Positions 47,229-56,120 of a stretch of 56,120 nt of DNA are shown one piece after another. The notes under the pieces are model-generated. The model had not been told where the DNA came from and ran no database searches. It saw only the letters and a program-made list of their open reading frames with translations. A program made the position numbers and the translations under genes. Every line of letters begins with the position of its first letter. The first letter of the stretch is position 1. This DNA comes from Chara braunii (lineage: Eukaryota > Plantae > Charophyceae), in NCBI GenBank assembly GCA_003427395.1, contig BFEA01000034.1, forward strand, positions 2,991,755 through 3,047,874, read 5' to 3'.

Positions 47229-50200
47229 TTTTTTTTTTTTTTTTTTTTTTTTAATAGAAGGTTTATGTATTTCTCAATCAAAGGGTAGCCTGAGGCCGGG
47301 GACCTCACAATTCAACCCAGAGTTATCCCGGCAGCATCAGCCGGTTTAACTTATGAATCAATGCGCCTGCAAATCAATAGCCTCGTACGTACTCTGTCAA
47401 TATTACCTGTGTCTGTTATTCCTCATCAGCCATTCTATGTCTCTACTGCACTCCCCAACTATCTAGAAGGCAGTGCTGGAGGAGCAAGGCTCTACTCAAC
47501 AGTCACGCCTATGTTTCATCTAAACTTATTCTGAACGGTGTTCTAACTTTTATCACTCTGTCTAATTCTAACTAACTATCTCCACAGGGCGAGGAGGTGC
47601 ATAGAAGGGTTGGGGGAGGTAGCTGGTATAATGAGTAGAGGTGGGGGGCGACAGGTATGGTGAGAGGAAGGGTAGTTTGGGTGGGGAGAGGGGTCTCGAT
47701 CAAGGTGGGGGGAAGCATTATAATCTAGTCTAGTCTGAACAGGGCCTACTTCGGCCCGCCCTCGAGCTTAAATCGCTCGAGAGGAACACTAGTTCCTTAT
47801 CTATCTATTGCCTGGGTACTCTCCTCCCCACCCAACCCCTGCAGCCTACTGCAACCGCCGACTGGAACCGAGTGCCCTGGTTCTCGTGATAGGTAAAGCT
47901 GCCGAGAGAAGAAAGGAGGATTGTGAAGAGAGGGGGAGGGCTACCGAAGATAAGGATGTAGGGGGGTATGGAGGGTATGGAGGTGTGGAATCCAGTGTGA
48001 AGTCCAATGTGGGAAGGGGAGGCGATCACATGGGCGGGTAGGGACCGTGTGGAGGGAAGGAACTTATGTGAGCAGCCAAGGAGAGATAACCAGTTTGCCT
48101 GTGTGGGTGACTGCAGCAAGCTTGTTATCTCTGGCCCAGGTGACTAAAAACCAATGTCTGCCCCTGATGGCTGTCCCTCTCGCTGCTTTCCTGTTCCAGT
48201 CGACACGGATCATTGTTCTGATCCAAGCTTTTATCTTTGTGATCAGGCATGCGTCTGCGGACCATTGCTGTTTGAAGAGGTGACCCTTTGTTTTCCCTCC
48301 CCCTTGCCCCACAAAATGCCTCCTCGCTCCTTGCGCGTCACCCCTCCGCCCCTTGGCTGCGCAACCGCGCCAGGCGCGGTCTATCAGTTGGTAAGGCACA
48401 GAAGTTGCATTCAGGGAGATCGTGGGTTCAATCCCCATTGGCCTCATGGACGTGCCTGGGCAAGCTTGGTGTTCTACCAGCTAGAGATAAGCCGTTGGCC
48501 CCCCAAGCCAGCGTTGGCAGGACCTTGGCTGATGTTGTTGGCTGCTATGCAGCGACAATATTGGCCATTAGACACCGCCATGACAGTGGGGGGGGTAGGG
48601 GGAGGTGCAGTGACTGGCCATTGCTCGGCGCTAGCACCACCGATTTGCCCACCCCTCGTCACCGTGATGAGGGACTGGTACAGCCTTGCTCTCACACCAC
48701 AGTTGTGGTGCAAACCTACCCCGTGGGCGGGTTGGTTGATGTTCCCCGTACTATAAATAGACTAGTGAGAGGATGAGATAGATGCGTACTACCAAGAAAA
48801 GACAAAGAATATGAGATAGATGAGAGAAGAATATAGCTTACTTAAAAAAAAAAACCCTGAGAGAAGTGGGGTGGTCTGCTCCGTGTTCTGTTGCTTGTCC
48901 TTGTTCTTCACTGTGTGTCCGGTTCGCCTTGTTGTTGAGCACCGTTCGGACCCTTCTGCCAGTTTGCCCGGCAGGATACCTTATAATCGTCTTGACTGTG
49001 CCTGGTGCCATTTCTTCCACCTCAACCTGTTGTCAACTATTGTCGCCACCTTGCCCTTTAGCAGCCAGCTGCTCGTAAAAGTCTGCTTCTTGGTTGTTTG
49101 TCCTTCTGGTCTGAATTTCGTTGAGTTCACTATTCTCCGCCATCTGCTCCTGATTTCCGTCTCTGCCATGCTCAGCAGTAAGGACCACATTTCTTCCCTT
49201 GCCACCTCTGCTCCCTCGATTGTTTGGGTGAACCTGCGTTTCCATGTCACCCACAGTGCCAGCTTCCTGAGCAGGGCGAACGATATTTCCCTGCCTCCCG
49301 TGATGTTGCTGGGGATGTTAGTTAGGAGTAGAATGGAGAGGGGCGGGATGTTAGGGGGGGGCGAGGCAAACAGGGTCAACCACAACTCTCAAACCTTCTT
49401 CCATATCCATGCCGCTTCTGGGCAGAAGAGGAGGCATTGGGGGATGTCTTCGGGTGAGTTGTTTCTGCACATTGAGCAGCCTTCCGAGCTATCGGGTTGG
49501 AATGTTTCCTTCTCACGTGTAGCCATTGGTTGACGGGAAGGGCTGCATGTGCTATTAGCCATTGCATACTGCGGATTCTGATTGGTCTGATGAGAAGGTA
49601 TTTGGTCCATAAGATGCTGATGGGAGTGGTGGCGTCTAGGTTTAGTACTGCTCTCCATTTCTCCGTCAGCATTGGATTCGGGTCCCTGGTCTGTAGTCCG
49701 AGGTCATACCCGAACTTTACGTCGTATTCCGTTATTGTCCTCGATTTCCCCGTGGCGCCTAGATTCCATATCTATTCGTTTGGGTCGAATTCCAACTCCT
49801 TGATGCTGAGTTCCAGGTGAAAGATAATCCAGGGTTTCCTGTGGGGTACTCTAACCTTCCTAAGGAGGTAGGTGTCTACTTGTTCATTCAGTGGTGTTTT
49901 ATTTAGGACCTCTAATTCGTAACTGTGGTGTTGGATGATGGGGTAGGATATGAACTTTGCCTGGTAGTTCGTTGGGTCCGGTATGGACACGGAGCGGTAG
50001 GCTCTTGTCGGTGGGGTCTGTGTGATGAGTAGCCTCCAGTCTCCTAGTTTCGACGTGTGAGCGTCTTTTAGGAGGGTTGTCCATGGGGGAGGAATGCTTT
50101 GAAGGATTTCTGACAGGTTGGTGGTCAGCAGGTGGCATCCTTTTAGGGATGTGCGGAGATCCTGTTCGGTTAGCCATTCATTTCGGTCTTCGGACCTCAG

Positions 50201-50905
50201 ATGTTTGACCTGCCATACTCCTCTCTCCACCCAAGACAGCCATCTGCAGTCTTTGGGCCGCAGGGTCCAAGGTCTGCCCTCTGAGTCTTTAATCCAGGGA
50301 TTGCAGAACAAGGGTTGTCTTAAAACTTCCTTTTTGTTGCTCGGAGCCCCCTTCTTTTCTGGCATCAGCCGGCGCCAAGCCTTCAGGACCGGTGCCCAGT
50401 AGGGGATGGGTGTGGTGGGGGGCTGATTGTCAGTTGCGGGGTTTCTCCTGGCCGGTCTCCCCGATTTGATTGTCCATTCCTTGGCCATGATCCAGAACAG
50501 GCCACTCATGTTCGGTAGGGACGCTACTGGTGCCAAATTCCTTATGGTGTCTACCGCCATCTTGGTCCACCGGAGGGCTTGTTTGGTTAGGATTTTGATT
50601 ATCCATTTCATTCGGAGTGCGATCGCTTCCTGTTTAGGGTCGATTATGCCTAGCCCTCCCTCATGTGTTTTCCTGATGACAATTTGCCAGGCAACCTTGT
50701 TAATGCAAGTGGTTCTTTTGGGGTCACCGGTCCACGAGTAACACCTGACTCTGGCCTTCAGCTTCTTCAATCGGGAGGGGACCATATGGAGGCCATGTAC
50801 CACCAAGTGGAGAATACTGCTGTGTTGATGATCAGGGCTCTTCCCAGCAGGGAGGCCTGAGCTTTGGTGCAGTTGGCTAGGCGGGTTATTGCTCTAGCGA
50901 GGTGC
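47229..50905 (-). mobile_element. L1/Tx1-clade LINE sequence (post-RT region, zf-RVT, 3' ends); probably two adjacent 3' fragments separated by a SINE
   Basis: SLLGRALIINTAV, NKVAWQIV..EGGLGI (49772-50806), CSMC..EDIPQCLLFCP..IW (49389-49658), ALWVTWKRR; second C-terminus at 48064-48280; poly(T) at 47229-47252. Confidence 0.85.
48385..48854 (+). mobile_element. tRNA-derived SINE, 5'-clipped, with A tail
   Basis: Same body as the 46538 copy; ends gaagaatatagcttactt followed by A11. Confidence 0.9.
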
Positions 50906-51596
50906 CAATGATTTCTCATAGAGAATACGAAGAGTTTTTCAAATAAGATCATACGTGCATTAGGACTTTCTCCACTAATTTTGGTTGAAACTTCTCTTTT
51001 TCCTTTTTTTTGTGGACAAAACACACGCCCTTCTATTCTGGAGTGCACCAGTCCGGTTACTTGTCATCGGCAAGCACATACAGATAAAAAAGGAGGGGGG
51101 TTTCGCCCGCATGTGACAGGCACGGGAATGGGGCAAACTCAGGTCCTGCTGAGCCCGGTCAGGAGCAGAGCCGGGAAGTGGGAATGCACCCTGCCATGTT
51201 GTTCCTGGCCGGGAGGGTAGGACATGATAGGGCCCTCCTCCCTGTCCCCTCCCCCCCTCCCAACCCCTCACCATGGAGAGTCTCCATTATTCCCCTTAAA
51301 CCTCCCCCCACCTCCCCCATTCTAATCTACCCTACAATAACTGGTTAACCGCGACAGCGGTCTATCCTACTATAATTGGTTGAAGTGTGTGGCCAATTAT
51401 GCTACAGGTGGCAGAGAACCCCACATAACACACCACTAATTCTCTGCTCGTCACATGACGTCCTGGGAGAAGGGGGGGTTCTAGCCGAAGGGGGTTCACG
51501 GGGGGCTCTAGCCGAAGGGGGTTCATGTGAATCATCAGTTTGCAGGCCGCTTGCTGAGGGGTAGCTGTTAGGGCAATCCTCGACATTCAAAGACAC

Positions 51597-51685
51597 CTAA
51601 CGAGAAGGGTCCACTTCCGGTTCTTCCATGTCCAGTATCCAACGCCAGACACCTGATGCATGCTCATCTGAAGATGAGCGGTGCA
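51597..51685 (-). CDS. DUF1639 gene, predicted upstream exon (CTAHLQMSMHQVSGVGYWTWKNRKWTLLV)
   Basis: gacAG acceptor, in-frame ATG at 51667, phase-2 AG/GT donor compatible with the micro-exon; unique sequence between TEs; donor is weak. Confidence 0.45.
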
Positions 51686-51703
51686 CTGTCCAAGGAGTGC
51701 CAA

Positions 51704-54436
51704 TGTGATGAACAGGACTCAAAACAAAACGATATAGATATGACCTGACACATCAGATCCAGACTCGACTCACACCATCATCATCACACATGTCACTCAG
51801 CAAGGAGGGAAAACATATGCATAAGAAAGGTCCCTCCTCACACACACACATGGGGAAGAAACCACAGATGATGAGGGGGGAGGAGAGACAAAGGTGGAGA
51901 GGGTAGAAAGGACAAGAGTAGAACTCGTAGTCACCCGAGAAATAATCTCCCCGTCAAATGTCCAACCAATGTTTGTGCTCAAAAGTGTCGAATCAAATCC
52001 TGGGTGCTCATAGGCCCGAAATAATCGCTGCCTGAAATCTCTCTCTCTCTCTCTGAAGGGGAAGAAGAAAAGGGGGAGGAGGAGGAGGAGAAGAAGAATA
52101 ATGGCTATGGAGGAGCAGAGAAAAGTCAGGAGAAGGAGAAGAAGAAGAAGAACTCTCCTCTCTCATGCGCTGATGATGACGATACCACAATACTGACCAG
52201 CGAAGGTGACAACTACGATGCAGGTCACTGCTGAAGGCTGGTCCCACGACCGAAGTCCCAGCTATGGCGCCCAGGTAAGTCTCTCTCTCCCTCGTGGACA
52301 TGGCCTCCACCAAACCTCTCCACTCCAGCCTACTCCTCTACTCCTGCGGCGCTGCTCTATCGCAGCTCTCCCCCAAACTGGCGCTGCTCCAGCAGCATGA
52401 CGCCCAACTGAGGCTCCAGCCCGAATGTCTCCTCAAAGTGGAGGACTGGCCCAGCTATATACCACTGGGCCTGGCTGAGCAGTCATCGGTCTGCAATCAG
52501 GACCGTTGGATCTGATGTCCAATCAATGGTCCTGATCGCAGATCCAAGTCCTGGCCATGTGATCCTGGGCAAAAACGGCCTGCCTGGGTCCCCACTGGAC
52601 GTCCCCACTGGACGTCCAGGCAACCCTGCTGATGCAGCAGGGTCCTGAGGGCTGGGCCAGGCACAAACAAACGAATGTCTGGTCCAGTCCCAGATACAGA
52701 CAAATCTGAACCTGGCCGACAACAGCCGAAACTGAAATCCACTGGTCCGAACAGGCATCTACCTGTTCGGCAAAAGGAAAAGTCCAAACCACAGAAAAAT
52801 ATTCCAGACAAAACCCAGCAAAAATAATAAATGCTGAATAAAGGAGAGCACACGTGGAACCGAGTGTGTGCCTGGCCTGGAAAAATGCCCATGGGCCTCC
52901 AGGTCGCTCACCAAAAATAGGTGCACAGCCTGGGGGCCCGGAACAACCACCGGGCCCCGTGTAGCAGCTTCAGCATGCTACACCCCCCCTCCTTGAAAAA
53001 GCCGAGCTATGGCGAGGGCGGAGCTCGAAATGCATCCCGTGGGGAGAGATGACAACATCCCCCCAAACTCGTGGAATACACAGCCGTGGTGAATAGTCGG
53101 TCTCTGGGAGGAAATAACGGAACCAAAGGCTGATTCCTCTTGTCCGCTGTAAGAACCCGTGGTCCGGAAAATTGTGGCCAAAATGAGAGCATACCCAAAC
53201 TCGTTGAGTAACCAAGGGCTGCAAGATCCGTAAGGAATCTGCAGGTGATGAGTAGGTCGCCGCAATGAAATGAAGTAAGAACCTCGTCGATCAACCGATG
53301 CACGCACGATCCGGAAATGAATCCGTAGGTGAAAAGTCGGTCGTCGTGAGGAGTGAAATGAGAAACTCGTCGAGTAACCGAGGCACACGAGATCCGAAAT
53401 CGAATCGGTAGGTGAAGAATCGGTCGCCGTGACGAAATGAAACAAGCACATTCCCAAGGTTGTCGAGTAACCGATGCACATGAGAATCAGATAACGAATC
53501 CGTAGGTGAAGAGTCGGTCGCCATAACAAGGTCGACCACAAACTCGTCATGTAACCAAGGCACTCGGGGTTCCGAAAACGTATCCATAGGTGAAAATTTG
53601 GTCACCATGACAAGTGAAACAAAGATGGAGGCCGATTTCCTCGACCGTGCGTAAGCACAAGTGGGCCCGAAAAAAAATTGTGGCCGAAACAACTTGGCAC
53701 CAGATCGGAGAGTGTGGAGGAGGGAAGGAACACAGGACTTCCACGCCAAAGGCATCACGAACTGTAATCGTCCACCGGTGGAAGTTGACCGTGTAATCTG
53801 CGCTAGGAAGCCAGGCCTGAAGTCCTTGTCTAATGCGTCGAAATTTGATGACTTCGCGCTCATGTGAGGCGAAGTAAATGGGTTCCTTGCCAATACGTTG
53901 GTCAATAACCAACTCAGGGTGAAACTGCCGCCGAACTTGTGTGCCAAGGCCAGTGCATTGAATGAACGACCGGCTGCTGAAATCGCGAGTCGCTCTGCGA
54001 CCAAGCGAAGCATTGTAGGACGCTTGCCGTATAGGGGTGCATACTAGAAGGGGCGGTGCGTAGCTGTGATCGTGCCGCTGTGTGCGAACGCGCCCGACCT
54101 TCACAAAAAAATCAAGAAGGTTGGCCACCACCACTCCGTCATCCGTCGGCGAAGTTGGTGGTGCATAGAAGGATAAGTATGTGTGTGAATAGGCACAACT
54201 TGTGGCGCGATGCGGTCTTGATACACAACTCGTAGGGAGAGCAACCAAGTGAAATCCTCGGGCCTGAACAGTTTCAAGTCCTACAAGTTGAACTCGCACG
54301 CTGAATCCCTTGAAGAAGTCGAAAGCGTCGAAGTCGAACTGCAAATGGACGGAGAGGAAACCACTGAATTGATGGGTACTCGTCCTTGAGCAAACTGGCC
54401 CAGCGGTGGAACTAGCCGAGCAGCGAGGTCCTCGAA
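51704..54436 (-). mobile_element. Ty3/gypsy deletion derivative: protease remnant, tandem array, PPT, 3' LTR (about 51704-52982)
   Basis: PPT AAGGAGGGGGGG (52983-52994) abutting TGTAGC; decayed protease ASYNASLGRRATRDFSS...WLPSADYTVNFHRWTITVRDAFG; no RT, RNase H or integrase; LTR left end approximate. Confidence 0.75.
53190..53625. repeat. Degenerate tandem array, about 5 units of about 80-95 bp
   Basis: Recurrent aactcgtcgagtaacc..gcac..atccgtaggtgaa.agtcggtcg. Confidence 0.8.
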
Positions 54437-55346
54437 AGAAGAAAAGAGAGGAAGAAGAAGGGTAGTTGGTTGATGATGGTTGATTCCGATGGGAATCGAA
54501 CCGAGATCGATGATCTCTCTGATCTTAAGGAGGAAACTAAGATAGGTGGCGAGGAGAGTGCAAAGGGTGGCAACCTCGCCGCCATAACCAAGGGAAAGGC
54601 AGCTGGCCGTGGCAAGGGCGTCAACAAAAGAGTCAGGGGCAGGCTCATAACTCAGACAAGATAGCGGTTTAGGTACGAGCACCAATCAGGGAAACAAATC
54701 CCGCAAATAGAAGTAATAGCTGCTTCTACTCATGCTAAAGTGGTTGATGTACCCTCACCACTTCAGAAGATGGCCGAAGCTATTAACTCTCTAGTCACCC
54801 CGCAGATGCATCTGGACCAAACGACACTCTATTTGTTAGATGTATTTGAGGCCTTAGAAAACTTGGAAACCGAGTGGTCGGCAAGGGACCCTTAGAAGTT
54901 TTGGGTGGCACTATCTAGAGGTCCTAGAGGGGAGCATTTCGTAGTGGAACTCGGTGTAGGTGGCCACAAGTGTGGTGACTTCGTAAACATTGGCTCCACA
55001 CAGAACTTCATAAGTTGTGACTGCGCCTAGGGGACCGGGTGCAGCGCTTGGGTAGATATGTAGCATCTACCTTGGCCAACAAAGAGCGCATGATTGTAAA
55101 TGACTACGTCAAGGAAGTAGTTTGCACCTTCTACTATGGAGGTGGGGAACTTAATCATAGGATTTTGTTCCTGGTTAGTGACAACTTGCCGTTTGACATG
55201 TTGTTAGGCATGTACTACCCCAGTTCGATTGGGACCGAAAGATGCTTAAACGTGTACTACCGGAAGGGAGGATATCAGACTTGCGAAGTACAAGGCTAGC
55301 AATCTGATAGACACTTATGGTTGTATGTGTGCATCAACATTCTACA
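54437..55346 (+). mobile_element. gag-protease fragment of the same gypsy family as 7159-16060, opposite orientation
   Basis: ASTLANKERMIVNDYVKEVVCTFYYGGGELNH..FDMLLGMYY matches ORF 10925-11518; 54460-54515 matches the reverse complement of about 12135-12195. Confidence 0.92.
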
Positions 55347-55662
55347 TCTCTATACATATAAAGGAAAACGCGGGTCTCGCATGACAGTCCGGGGCAACAC
55401 CCGGTTCCCTGGTGTGGGACTCATGGCAGGCCCAAGGGCAGACTGCGTGCCGGTACGGTGAGGTCGGGGGTCGAGTCGGGTTGCCTGCGGGCGGCCAATG
55501 TTCGAATTTACGGCCGTTTTTTTTTTTTGGTTGGTGTTGGCGCGGCGCGGGGTCTTTATTTGCTGCAAGTTTGTTTTGCGCCGCGCCGTGATTGCAGGTG
55601 TCGGCCATATTCAACCAGGTAGTGTATATCTTCATTTTCTAGCGCAAGATCCATCGATTTGA

Positions 55663-55719
<57 letters not shown>

Positions 55720-55845
55720 CACACACACACACACACATGCACGCACACACACACACACACAAGATTCATCCCCCGGAAGTGAAACATGGCAGATCAAGGT
55801 ATGACGTCGACATACGTTATCGAACCGATCTGCCACTACGACATG

Positions 55846-55911
<66 letters not shown>

Positions 55912-56120
55912 GACCAAGATCGAACCAATCTACCATTACAACATGTGGAGGGAGAGAGAGTTTTTTGGTTGGTGTTGGCGCGGCGCGGGGTCTTTATTCG
56001 CTGCAGGTTTGTTTTGCGCCGCGCTGTGATTGCAGGTGTCGGCCATATTCAACCAGGTAGTGTATATCTCCATTTTCTAGCGCAAGATTCATCGATTTGA
56101 AGATTCTCTCTCTCTCTCTC
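55347..56120 (+). mobile_element. Probable Helitron 5' end with an internal tandem repeat of about 438 bp; runs off the window
   Basis: A|TCTCTATACATATAAAG starts exactly where gypsy homology stops; 55520-55688 is repeated at about 55960-56120 with CT/CA/GA microsatellites. 3' CTRR end not in the window. Confidence 0.55.

Noticed and set aside
51662-51679. Palindrome gctcatct-ga-agatgagc over the candidate start codon
   Set aside because: A single 8-bp inverted pair is expected by chance at this window size.
53190-53625. CRISPR-like array
   Set aside because: Whole units are degenerate copies with no unique spacers, there are no cas genes, and the context is a eukaryotic retroelement.

Overview
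Eukaryotic, heavily repeat-laden scaffold with several N gaps and two Nextera mate-pair adapter remnants. The Ty3/gypsy, Myb/SANT and DUF1639 peptides resemble those I associate with the charophyte alga Chara braunii; this is an inference and was not searched. Most of the window is nested, decayed mobile DNA: (1) a full-length but pseudogenised chromodomain Ty3/gypsy element (7159-16060) with both LTRs, Met-i PBS, PPT and a 4-bp TSD; (2) three more gypsy remnants and a solo LTR; (3) two L1/Tx1-type LINEs and several short LINE 3' fragments sharing a covarying structured 3' end; (4) five tRNA-headed SINEs; (5) a PIF/Harbinger-like element with a Myb/SANT pseudogene; (6) hAT- and TTAA-type MITEs; (7) a DIRS-type retrotransposon with a convergent, ALOG-like tyrosine recombinase; (8) a Pack-MULE-like element carrying a tandem RING-like Cys/His repeat; (9) a probable Helitron 5' end. 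One likely host gene is visible, a spliced minus-strand DUF1639 gene (exons about 51597-51685, 45708-45740, 45054-45426) whose 3' exons I cannot place. All family calls come from motif recognition by eye.
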